Of a stretch of 64,000 bases of DNA, positions 1 to 8,639 are shown one piece after another; within the stretch, counting starts at the first letter, position 1; each line of letters opens with the position of its first letter. The stretch comes from Polyangiales bacterium (GTDB lineage: Bacteria; Myxococcota_A; Polyangia; Polyangiales; Ga0077539). The stretch covers positions 26,901 to 90,900 of the forward strand of contig JBILLV010000004.1 in assembly GCA_044375895.1 (NCBI GenBank), read 5' to 3'. The notes below the pieces were generated by a model that saw nothing but the letters and a program-made list of their open reading frames with translations, was not told where the DNA came from and made no database searches. The translations under genes were made by a program, and so were the position numbers.

Positions 1-2167
1 CGCGGCCGCCGAGGGCCTCGTCGAGCGAGCTGCCGTCGATGAGCTCCATGGCAAGGTAGAAGAGCTGTCCGGCCACCTCGCCGTAGTCGTAGATGGCGAC
101 GCAGTTGGGGTGACGCACCGACGCCGCGAGCCGCGCCTCCTTGCGAAAGCGCTCGGCGAGCTGCCCCTCGGTGCGACCGCGCACGAGGAGGACCTTCACC
201 GCGCACTCGACCCCCGTGTCGGCGTGGCGCGCCCGGTACACGACGCCCATGCCCCCTTCGCCGAGGCGCGACTCGCAGCGGTATTGCCCCACCGCGAAGG
301 GCTTCATGTCGGGCTGCGTGGCCTGCGCGGGGCGCGCCGCGTGGGGGTCGACGGTGGAGCCGTGCGTGCGCAGGTCGACCCCGTCGTTGGGGCAGAAGCG
401 AGCCTCGGCGGGCGAAGGGGTTCCGCAGCGGAGGCACCAGACGGCGCTGTGCAGGGGCGCGGCGGCGAGGGTCTTCGCGAGCGCGTCAGGGGAGGTCCCC
501 TGCCAGACGGGGGTGTCGGGGACGGTGGCGGGCGCGTCGGCGGGAACCACCACCGTCGCGGGGATGTGCGCGGGCCGACCCGGCGGCGCTGGTGCAGAGA
601 ACACGGGCGGGGGAGACGCGGGCGGCTGGTACGCGGGCGGCGTGTAGGGAGGCGGCGCGGCGCGGCGACGGAGTAGGAGCCCGACGGCCACCAGCGCGAG
701 CCCGAAGAGCCCCGCACCGAGCGCGAGGGCGATGGGGAGGAGCGGCGTCGCTTCGGACGGCGGTGGGGCGACGACGGGCGACGGGGCGCGCTCCGGTGGC
801 GGCGCGAGGTCGACGGTTGGCGGTGGCGCGACGGGGGGCGCGGTGACGTGCGTCGCGGGCGCTCCCTGGATGGGCTCGGCAGGAGCGGCCGGGGGCGGTG
901 CGACCAGTGCCGGCGCGGCGTCACGGGGGTGCGGCCGACGGTGGGGACGACGAATGGGGTGCTGGCCATCCGGGGCGGTCGCGGGGCTCGGCGCGCCCAT
1001 CGGGACGTCGCCTTCGCCCAGACCGAGCTCCGCGTCGTTCGAGCGGCCGATCGCGCCGGGGGCTGAGGGGGAGCCGCCGAGCCTGGCGCCGCGGGTCGCC
1101 AACCGAGGCGCCCCCGTGGTCCGGGTGCGCTCGCCGTGAGACCGGTGCGTCGCGCGCGAAACGACCGGCGGTGCTGGAGGATCTGTGGTCGTGGGGACGG
1201 GGCCCGCGACCGGGGTGGTGGCGGTGGTGGGGGCGGGCGCGCTCGGCGCCTCGCGGACCGGAGCGCCTTCGCTCGCGTGCCGCACGGGCATGGACGGCGC
1301 GGCGTCGCGGCGGGGACGGGCGAGCGTGAGCGAGAGGGCGGCGATGACCCCGACGAGCGCGAGTCCCCCACCGAACACGAAGAGGCCGCGGGAGGATGAG
1401 GTTGGGGGAAGGGCGGGCGGTGCGGTCGCGACCTGGGTGGCACGCGCGGCGGCGGGCAGAGGTGCCGCCGCGGCGGGCATCGCGCCGGGGGCCATCGCGC
1501 CAAACGCAGCGGGCGGTGGAGCCGCCGTCGGGAGCGGGGCCACGGGTTCGACGACCACCGCCGCGAGGGCCTCGGCGAACGCTGCGGGCGAGGCGAAGCG
1601 GCGGGTCGGATCGCGGTCGAGCGCGCGGGCGAGGGCCGCGTCGAGGGACGCAGGGAGCTCGGGGCGGAGCGAGCGGGCGGAGGGCGCGTCTTCGAGGAGC
1701 TTGCGGACGGCGACCGCGGCGTTGGTGCTCCCGTCGAAGGGAGGGGTCCCGGTGAGGAGGAGGTAGAGCAGCGCGGCGACGTGGTAGACGGACGTGGCGT
1801 CGGACACCGCGTCGCCGCCGGGGAAGGTCTCGGGCGCGGCGAAGGGGGCGGTGGGGTCGAGGTCGCGCTCACCGCTCGCGGCGGGCTTCGCGTCGTGGCC
1901 GAAGGTGACGAGCGCGCGGTCGTCGTCGGTCACCTCGACGTCCAGCGGGAGCAAAGGGGGGGGGACGCGGCCGCGGGTGCGCTCGGGGCCGTAGGCGTCG
2001 CACAGGCTGCGGGCGAGGCGGAGCGCGCGGGCGAGGGGGAGGAGAGGTCGCGCCGCGGCGAGGTCGGCCAGGGTCCGGACGCTCGTGGCTTCGAGGGTGG
2101 CGCCGTCGTCGACGCAGAAGGTGAGGTCGTCGGGGCAGGTGCGGGCGCAGGTCGGGCAGCGTTTCAT
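1..2167 (-). CDS. Membrane Ser/Thr protein kinase with an N-terminal degenerate kinase domain and two TM helices (3' end runs off the window)
   Basis: Not in the ORF track because it has no stop in the window. Hand translation from ATG 2167: MKRCPTC..FCVDDG zinc ribbon; kinase C-lobe-like FAAPE..VYHVAALLYLLLTGTPPF..DPTRRF; TM GLFVFGGGLALVGVIAALSLTL; Pro-rich loop; TM LLPIALALGAGLFGLALVAVGLLL; WCLRC..FCPNDG; then canonical kinase RLGEGGMGVVYRA..AVKVL..RFRKEA..HPNCV..YLAMELIDG. Confidence 0.85.
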   Translation of the reverse strand, partial: MKRCPTCARTCPDDLTFCVDDGATLEATSVRTLADLAAARPLLPLARALRLARSLCDAYGPERTRGRVPPPLLPLDVEVTDDDRALVTFGHDAKPAASGERDLDPTAPFAAPETFPGGDAVSDATSVYHVAALLYLLLTGTPPFDGSTNAAVAVRKLLEDAPSARSLRPELPASLDAALARALDRDPTRRFASPAAFAEALAAVVVEPVAPLPTAAPPPAAFGAMAPGAMPAAAAPLPAAARATQVATAPPALPPTSSSRGLFVFGGGLALVGVIAALSLTLARPRRDAAPSMPVRHASEGAPVREAPSAPAPTTATTPVAGPVPTTTDPPAPPVVSRATHRSHGERTRTTGAPRLATRGARLGGSPSAPGAIGRSNDAELGLGEGDVPMGAPSPATAPDGQHPIRRPHRRPHPRDAAPALVAPPPAAPAEPIQGAPATHVTAPPVAPPPTVDLAPPPERAPSPVVAPPPSEATPLLPIALALGAGLFGLALVAVGLLLRRRAAPPPYTPPAYQPPASPPPVFSAPAPPGRPAHIPATVVVPADAPATVPDTPVWQGTSPDALAKTLAAAPLHSAVWCLRCGTPSPAEARFCPNDGVDLRTHGSTVDPHAARPAQATQPDMKPFAVGQYRCESRLGEGGMGVVYRARHADTGVECAVKVLLVRGRTEGQLAERFRKEARLAASVRHPNCVAIYDYGEVAGQLFYLAMELIDGSSLDEALGGR

Positions 2168-2280
2168 GGGTCGATCCGACGAGCGGACGGGTGGAGCGTA
2201 TCAGACCCGCGGGGTTGTCGACCGTTGGGCCTCAAGGTCGAGCCTGGGGGAGTCGTTGGGAGGAGACGAGAGACAACACG

Positions 2281-4368
2281 ATGGAACCCGCCGCTCGAAT
2301 TCAGACCCGCGACGACCTCGCCGTGGAGGCGTTTCTTCGAAGCGCTACGCTCTTCAAGGGCTGCGACGCGGCCGTCATCGCCCGCGTGGCGCCCCACGTC
2401 GAAGCCATGGCCTTCAGCGCCGGCGCGACGATCCTGCGTTCGGGGGTCCCCTCCGAGGGGGTGGTGATTCTCCGCGAGGGCAAGGCGAGCCTCGTGTCGA
2501 CGCATGCGGTCACCGGATCGACGAGCACGCTGGAGACGCTCCAGCCGGGGGATCACGCGGGGGAGATCTCGGCGCTCCTGCGCGCCGCCCAGCCGCACGC
2601 GCTCGTGGCCGACGGGCCCTGCGCGGTGCTCCGGGTGCGGGCCGAGCTCGTGGACACGCTGGCGAACAAGGTGCCGGCGTTCTCCCTGGCGCTCGCGCGG
2701 CGTCTGGCGTCGCGGACGATCCAGCTCGGGATGGCGGCCCTTCGGGGCGTGCCGACGGCCGGGGCGCTGGGGGCACCGCCGCGGGCAGACTCCTCGTCGT
2801 CGGTGCAGGCGGTGGGCGCGAAGACGATCCCCTTCGTGGAGGTGAGCGAGTTCGACCCTTCGCCCAAGGTGATCGGGACGATTCCTCCGCGGCTCATCGT
2901 GACGCACCGGCTGATGCCCCTCCGTCTGGTGGGCGACGTGCTCACGGTGGGGATGGTGAACCCCCGCAACGTCGAGGCGCTCGAGGACGTCCGCCGCGTG
3001 CTCCAGAAGGTACGGCTGGAGGTCGTGGCCATCAGCGCCGACGATTTCGTCCAGTCGCTGATTCGGTTTCGCATCGAGCTGCCGGCGCGCGACGGGGGGC
3101 GGGGCGAAGGGGCAGGCATCTCCGCGGAGTCGCTGGCCTTCGACGTCACCGACAGCGAGCGCGAACCCGACAAGGGCGCGCGGGTCATCGGCGACGAGGT
3201 GGTGCGGTCGCTCAACAAGATCCTCGCGGCGGGCCTCTCCAAGGGCGCGTCGGACATTCACATCGAGCCCGAGGCCGCGGGGGTGCGGGTGCGCTTCCGC
3301 GTGAACGGCGTGCTCCACGACTGGCCCGAGACCGTGCCCGCCTCGTACGGCAAGGGGATCGTCGCGCGCGTGAAGATCCTCGCGGGGCTGGACATCACCG
3401 ACCGTCGGCTCCCGCAGGACGGGCGCGTGGGGATGAGCGCGGGGACGCGCGAGCTCGACCTGCGCGTGTCGACCATGCCCACGGGCCGCGGCGAGAAGGT
3501 GGTGATGCGCGTGCTGGAGGGCGGCGGGATGATGCGCCCGCTCGACCAGGTGTTCGTCGACCCCAACGTGCTGGCGGTGGCGCGCAAGGCGATCCAGCGG
3601 CCGCACGGGGGCGTGTTCATCTGCGGCGGCACCGGGTCGGGCAAGAGCTCGACGCTCTACGCGATGATCCACGAGCGGAGGAAGGCGCGGCCCGACTCGT
3701 CGGTGATCATGGCCGAAGACCCGATCGAGTACCGCCTCCAGGGCGTGACTCAGGTGCAGGTGAACGGGGGCGCCGGGCTCGGCTTCCCGCAGGTGCTCCG
3801 CGCCGCGCTCCGCCAGGACCCCGACGTGATCGCGGTGGGCGAGACGCGCGACGAGGCCACGGCCCACATGGCCCTGGAGGCCGCGATGACGGGCCACCTG
3901 CTGCTCACCTCGCTCCACGCCAACAACGTCGTCTCCGCGCTCCAGCGCCTGGAGAACTTCGACTGCAACCGCACCCTCATCGCCCAGGCCGTGGCGGTGG
4001 TGCTGGTGCAGCGGCTCGTGCGGCGCCTCTGTGCTCAGTGCGTGCGCGTCGAGGCGCCGCCGCAGGCCATCGTCGACAGCCTCGTCGCGCGCAAGCTGAT
4101 GGAGCGCGGCGCGAGCGCGGCGATGCCCCGCGCGGTGGGCTGCGACGCCTGCGGGGGCACGGGGTACGTCGGGCGGGTGCTGGTGGTCGAGTCGATGCAG
4201 CTCAACGACGCCACGCGCGACGCGCTGATGGCGGGCGAGGCGCTCGGCGAGATCGAGCGGGCGGCCAAGGCCGCGGGGACCTTCGTCCCCTTCGCGACCT
4301 ACGCGTCGTTGCTGATGGCTCGAAAGATGATCTCCGCGAGCGAGGCCCTCCTCGCCGTGGCCGAATGA
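2281..4368 (+). CDS. GspE/PilB-family secretion ATPase with N-terminal cyclic-nucleotide-binding (cNMP/CAP) domain
   Basis: N-terminus LFKGCD..GATILRSG..LQPGDHAGEISALL is cNMP-like. ATPase motifs: ASDIHIEP, RLPQDGR, Walker A GGTGSGKS, EDPIEY, LRQDPDVIAVGETRD, His box TGHLLLTSLH, CAQC/CDAC zinc motif. GGAGGAG upstream. Confidence 0.92.
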   Translation: MEPAARIQTRDDLAVEAFLRSATLFKGCDAAVIARVAPHVEAMAFSAGATILRSGVPSEGVVILREGKASLVSTHAVTGSTSTLETLQPGDHAGEISALLRAAQPHALVADGPCAVLRVRAELVDTLANKVPAFSLALARRLASRTIQLGMAALRGVPTAGALGAPPRADSSSSVQAVGAKTIPFVEVSEFDPSPKVIGTIPPRLIVTHRLMPLRLVGDVLTVGMVNPRNVEALEDVRRVLQKVRLEVVAISADDFVQSLIRFRIELPARDGGRGEGAGISAESLAFDVTDSEREPDKGARVIGDEVVRSLNKILAAGLSKGASDIHIEPEAAGVRVRFRVNGVLHDWPETVPASYGKGIVARVKILAGLDITDRRLPQDGRVGMSAGTRELDLRVSTMPTGRGEKVVMRVLEGGGMMRPLDQVFVDPNVLAVARKAIQRPHGGVFICGGTGSGKSSTLYAMIHERRKARPDSSVIMAEDPIEYRLQGVTQVQVNGGAGLGFPQVLRAALRQDPDVIAVGETRDEATAHMALEAAMTGHLLLTSLHANNVVSALQRLENFDCNRTLIAQAVAVVLVQRLVRRLCAQCVRVEAPPQAIVDSLVARKLMERGASAAMPRAVGCDACGGTGYVGRVLVVESMQLNDATRDALMAGEALGEIERAAKAAGTFVPFATYASLLMARKMISASEALLAVAE

Positions 4369-4385
4369 GGGGAAGAGGTAACGTC

Positions 4386-7280
4386 ATGGAGTTTCTGGAG
4401 AGGCTGAGCGAGCGACCGGCGCTCGCGCTCATCGTCGTCGGCATCGTGCTCGGGGTCCTCGTCGTCGTACGGGCGCTCCGCGGGGGCGCGCAGAAGGAGG
4501 AGGCCGTCCCGGGCCTCGAGGCGCTCATCGCCGCGGGGCGCCTCCGCGACGCCGCGATGCTGTGCCTGCGCCACGATCGCTTCGCCGACGCGCAGGAGTA
4601 CTTCCTCCGCGCCAACGAGCCGGCGCGGGCCGCCCAGGTGGCGCAACGCCTCGGCAACCACAAGCTCGCCGCGGAGCTCTACGAGCGCGGCGGCGAGCTG
4701 CGCAAGGCCGCCGCCTGCTACGAGCGCGTCGGGCTGCTCCCGAAGGCGCAGGAGCTGCTCAACGCCGCGGTTGAGCGCGACGGCACCGCGGCGCAAGGGG
4801 CCGAGGCACCGAGGCCCGCCGCGCGGAGCGCCGGCGCGCAGTACCAGGAGATCAAGGCGAAGGGCGCGGCCGATGACGCCGGGCGCATCGAGACGCAGCA
4901 GGCCGCCCAGCGCGCGGGCGAGGAGGCGCTGGCCGCCGGCAACATCCGCGCGGCGGCCGAGATCTACCGCGACGCAGGGCTCGCCGACGAGGCGATCCAC
5001 CTGTACGCCAACGTGCTCGGCGCGCCGGGTGACGCCGCTCCGCTGGTGGCGTCGCGCGGGCTCCACGACCGGGCCGCGGAGCTCTACGAGCTCGCCGGGC
5101 AGAAGGACCGCGCCGCCGCCGCCTGGGTGGAGATGGCGCGCAAGGACGGCCGCGTCGAGGCCTACGTCGATCGGGTGGAGCGCCTCGACCCCCGCACGGC
5201 GCTGCGCATGTTGGAAGACGCCACCGGCGCGCGCACGCTGACGGAGGACTCGGCGGAGCTGTACTACCGCTTCGGCGACATGCTCGAGCGCCTGGGCGAG
5301 CGCGTCCGCGCCCTCGAGGTGATGCAGAGCCTCCAGCGCACCGTGGCCGGGTACAAAGACGTCGACCTGAAGATTCGGGCGCTCAGCGCCGGGCGCTCGC
5401 CGCGCAACACCCCCGCGGGTGAAGCCCCGGCGCGGCCCGTCGCCCAGGCGCACCCCGCGGCGAAGGCGACCGCCACGGCCGATCGCGCCGAGGCGGCGCC
5501 CCCCAGCACCGTGGTGGTTCAGCACTTCCAGATGGCGGGCGACGCGCGCCCCGTCGATCTGCAGGCGCTCGCCAAGGAGGCCGCGCGCGCCGCGTCGGCG
5601 CACCTCGGCGGGCACTCAGGCGAGGGGGATGGCCGGGGGCCGAGCGTGGTGCTGGTGCAGTCAGGGGGCGACGCGCAGCGCCTCGAGCTGCTGCACGACG
5701 GGGAGGTGCGCGCCGCGCGCGAGGGGCCGTCCCTGGAGGCGCTCCGCCGCTACGTAGGCGACACCGCCTGCACGCTCAAGAACATCGAGGTCTACTACAA
5801 GATGGGCCTGGTGTGCCTCGCCAACGGCGACTGGGGCGCGGCGCTCGAGCACTTCCGGGCGGTGGACGAGGCCTCGCCGGGGTACCGCGACGCGTCGGCC
5901 CGCGCGTCGGAGATCCGCAAGTGGCAGTCGTCGATGAGCGGCAAGTCCAGCGTGGCCAGTGGCATCCTCCAGGCCGGCGCGCAGAACGCCTCCCGCTACG
6001 CGCTCCACGGCGAGCTCGGCCGCGGCGGCATGGCGGTGGTGTACCGGGCGACGGACACGGTGCTCGGCCGCGACGTGGCGCTGAAGTTCATCGCCGACGA
6101 GGCGCTCGGGCGGAAGGAGTTCCGCGAGATGTTTCTGCGTGAGGCGCGGAGCGTGGCGCAGCTCAACCACCCCAACATCGTCACCATCTTCGACGTGGGG
6201 GCGCTCGAAGGCCGCACCTTCATCGCGATGGAGCTGGTCGAGGGGCAGACCGTCGATCAGCTCGTCGTCGAGCAGAAGAAGCTCCCCGTCGTCGAGGCCC
6301 TGCGCGTCACCCTCCAGGTGCTCCAGGCGCTCGAGTACGCCCACGGTCGGCAGATCATCCACCGCGACATCAAGCCCTCCAACATGATGCGCAACGCGTC
6401 GGGCACGGTGAAGCTCATGGACTTCGGCCTGGCCAAGTCGCTCGACCACTCCGCCAAGGCGTCCGTCATCGCCGGCACCCCCGCCTACATGCCGCCGGAG
6501 CAGTTCGCCGGGCAGAACGTCGACCACCGCGCCGACCTCTACGCCGTCGGCGTCTCGCTCTTCGAGATGCTCACCGGCGAGATCCCCTTCCCGTCGCCGC
6601 TCCGTACGGGCGAGGCCCCCTCGGTGCGCGCGCTCGTGCCGCAGGTGCCGGCCCTCGTCGACGACGTGCTCCGTCGCGTGCTCGAGGTCGACCCGGCCCG
6701 CCGCTTCCAGAGCGCCCAGCAGTTCGCGGCCCCGCTGCAGAAGGTGCTCGGCGTCTTCGCCCGCGCCCAGGAGGAGCGCGAGGCCCGTCACACCCACCCG
6801 CAGTCTGGGACGGCGAACACCGCGCCCCTCGGCGGCGCGCAGACCCAGGCCGCGCAGCGTCCGCTGATCGTGAAGGCGCCGACGCAGGGCGCCCCCGTCC
6901 CCGCGGCGGCCCCCAAGGCCCCGGCGCCTCAGGCGACGACGGCGGTGGAGAAGACCTCGGACGTGCGCAAGCAGACGATGCTCATGGCGGCCACGCAGCC
7001 CCGCCCGGCCTCGCCCGCGCCCGCGCCCGCACCGACGCTGGCGGCGTCCGTCACGAAGCCCGACGCCTGGTCCATTCCGCCGAAGGCCCCGATGGCCTTC
7101 CAGTCGAAGAAGGGGACGATGCTCATGCACGCCGCTCCCCCGAGCGCGGCGCGCAGCCCGTCCGCGTCGAGCGCCGCCAGCGACACCGGCCCGGGCGCCC
7201 GCAAGGCCACCATGATGATGGGCGTCGCTCAGGCCGCGAGCGCTACGCGTCGCTCCAGCACCATCCCGCCGCCCGCCTGA
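4386..7280 (+). CDS. Membrane-anchored TPR-repeat Ser/Thr protein kinase
   Basis: N-terminal TM (LALIVVGIVLGVLVVV), helical repeats (AAELYERGG, AAEIYRDAG, AAELYELAG), kinase motifs LGRGGMAVVY, VALKFI, HRDIKPSN, DFGLAK, GTPAYMPPEQ; Pro/Ala tail. ATG 4386 follows GAGG. Confidence 0.9.
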   Translation: MEFLERLSERPALALIVVGIVLGVLVVVRALRGGAQKEEAVPGLEALIAAGRLRDAAMLCLRHDRFADAQEYFLRANEPARAAQVAQRLGNHKLAAELYERGGELRKAAACYERVGLLPKAQELLNAAVERDGTAAQGAEAPRPAARSAGAQYQEIKAKGAADDAGRIETQQAAQRAGEEALAAGNIRAAAEIYRDAGLADEAIHLYANVLGAPGDAAPLVASRGLHDRAAELYELAGQKDRAAAAWVEMARKDGRVEAYVDRVERLDPRTALRMLEDATGARTLTEDSAELYYRFGDMLERLGERVRALEVMQSLQRTVAGYKDVDLKIRALSAGRSPRNTPAGEAPARPVAQAHPAAKATATADRAEAAPPSTVVVQHFQMAGDARPVDLQALAKEAARAASAHLGGHSGEGDGRGPSVVLVQSGGDAQRLELLHDGEVRAAREGPSLEALRRYVGDTACTLKNIEVYYKMGLVCLANGDWGAALEHFRAVDEASPGYRDASARASEIRKWQSSMSGKSSVASGILQAGAQNASRYALHGELGRGGMAVVYRATDTVLGRDVALKFIADEALGRKEFREMFLREARSVAQLNHPNIVTIFDVGALEGRTFIAMELVEGQTVDQLVVEQKKLPVVEALRVTLQVLQALEYAHGRQIIHRDIKPSNMMRNASGTVKLMDFGLAKSLDHSAKASVIAGTPAYMPPEQFAGQNVDHRADLYAVGVSLFEMLTGEIPFPSPLRTGEAPSVRALVPQVPALVDDVLRRVLEVDPARRFQSAQQFAAPLQKVLGVFARAQEEREARHTHPQSGTANTAPLGGAQTQAAQRPLIVKAPTQGAPVPAAAPKAPAPQATTAVEKTSDVRKQTMLMAATQPRPASPAPAPAPTLAASVTKPDAWSIPPKAPMAFQSKKGTMLMHAAPPSAARSPSASSAASDTGPGARKATMMMGVAQAASATRRSSTIPPPA

Positions 7281-7292
7281 TCCCGCGACGCG

Positions 7293-8639
7293 TCAGGGCC
7301 CCGCCACCCGACGCTTGTCTCCCGCGCCCCGCCCCTCCGACGTGATCCACACCGCCGCCTCGACCTCGCGCTCCAGCCACGCGACATAGCCCGCGGCGTC
7401 CATTCCCTCCGCCAGATCTTCATACACGGGTGGTGCGTCGCGGAGGCTGCGTCCGAGCGCTTCCTGCCACGCGAGGTCGCGCGGCGGGCCGATCACGAGC
7501 TGCCCCGCCGCGGTGATCCACGGCGCGGCCTCGGCGCTTCGATACCCTGTCCCCGCGCGCCATCGCCCCACGGCCCCGAGCCGGTCGAGGTGCGTGACCG
7601 CGAGTCCGTCGACCCCACCGCACGCGGCGATCGCATAGCGCGTCAGGGCCACGTCGGGCCAGCCCGCACGGAAGGCTCCCTGCCACGCGCCGGTCGGGTT
7701 GTGCGGCTCGTCGAGCGCGCGGGTGAGCGCGCCGTCCTCCGTGGGGAAGGGACCCGCCCCGTGGCGCGTCGCGTACGCGCGGACGACGCCGAGGCGCCGC
7801 ACCGATCCGTCATAGCCACGCAGCGCGTCGAGGGCATTGTCGAAGGTGCAGGTGCTCCACGTCGTGTACGGATGGAAGCCGCGCCACTCGTCGAGCAGCA
7901 CGCCCTGCGCGCCTTCAAACACCACACTGCCCGTCGCCGCCAGCGCCGCAGCGAGGGCGTGGTCGTCGGCGCCCAACCGACGCGCGCGCCAGGGGGCGAG
8001 GGCATCGATCCATCGGTCGACCACGGCTTCGGACTCCAGCGCCTCGACCTCGGGGGCCGCTCGCTCGTCGCCGCGGAGCGCCCGCACCGCCGCGTCGAGC
8101 TCGGACCGCTTGCGAGACTGCGTCCGCAGGAGCTTGCGTCGCAGCGACAGCGCGTCGAGGAGCGCATCCGCCCGGATCGACTCGCCGAGCGCCGTCGCGT
8201 CGAGCATCACCTCGCCCACCCCGACGCCGCAGCTCCCGTGTCGGGCGTCGCCGCGCGCGAGCTCCCGCAGGCGCGTCGCCGCCTGATGGAACGGTGTGAC
8301 CACCTTGCACGATGCGCTCACCGACACGCGGGCGAGGGGGTCGCGCACGCCGGCTCGCTCCAGCCAGCGCGCCTCGGCCAGGAGCGCCGTCGGGTGGACC
8401 ACCACCGGCGGGGCGAGCACCGTCGCGACCCCGTCGACGAAGGTCCCTGCGCCAAACTGGGCGAAGGTGTGGTGCCGGCCGTCGGGGGTGACGACGTTGT
8501 GGCCCGCCTGCGCGCCGCCGTTGAAGCGAACGACGGTGTGGGCGTTGCGGCTTCGAACGAGGTAGTCGGTGACCGTCCCCTTGCCCGCGTCACCGAACCC
8601 CAGGTCCACCACGATCCATGCTTCGCGCGGGGGTGTCAT
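7293..8639 (-). CDS. Adenylosuccinate synthetase (PurA)-family protein, divergent
   Basis: DLGFGDAGKG, RFNGGAQAGHNV, FEGAQGVLLD, TRHGAGPFPTE, GWPD, AVTHLD. ATG overlaps upstream stop (ATGA). Confidence 0.88.
   Translation of the reverse strand: MTPPREAWIVVDLGFGDAGKGTVTDYLVRSRNAHTVVRFNGGAQAGHNVVTPDGRHHTFAQFGAGTFVDGVATVLAPPVVVHPTALLAEARWLERAGVRDPLARVSVSASCKVVTPFHQAATRLRELARGDARHGSCGVGVGEVMLDATALGESIRADALLDALSLRRKLLRTQSRKRSELDAAVRALRGDERAAPEVEALESEAVVDRWIDALAPWRARRLGADDHALAAALAATGSVVFEGAQGVLLDEWRGFHPYTTWSTCTFDNALDALRGYDGSVRRLGVVRAYATRHGAGPFPTEDGALTRALDEPHNPTGAWQGAFRAGWPDVALTRYAIAACGGVDGLAVTHLDRLGAVGRWRAGTGYRSAEAAPWITAAGQLVIGPPRDLAWQEALGRSLRDAPPVYEDLAEGMDAAGYVAWLEREVEAAVWITSEGRGAGDKRRVAGP

Noticed and set aside
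7293-8639. PurZ (diaminopurine, Z-genome) assignment
   Set aside because: Catalytic Asp is retained (GDAGKG rather than GSxGKG) and no phage, dATPase or polymerase genes are nearby.
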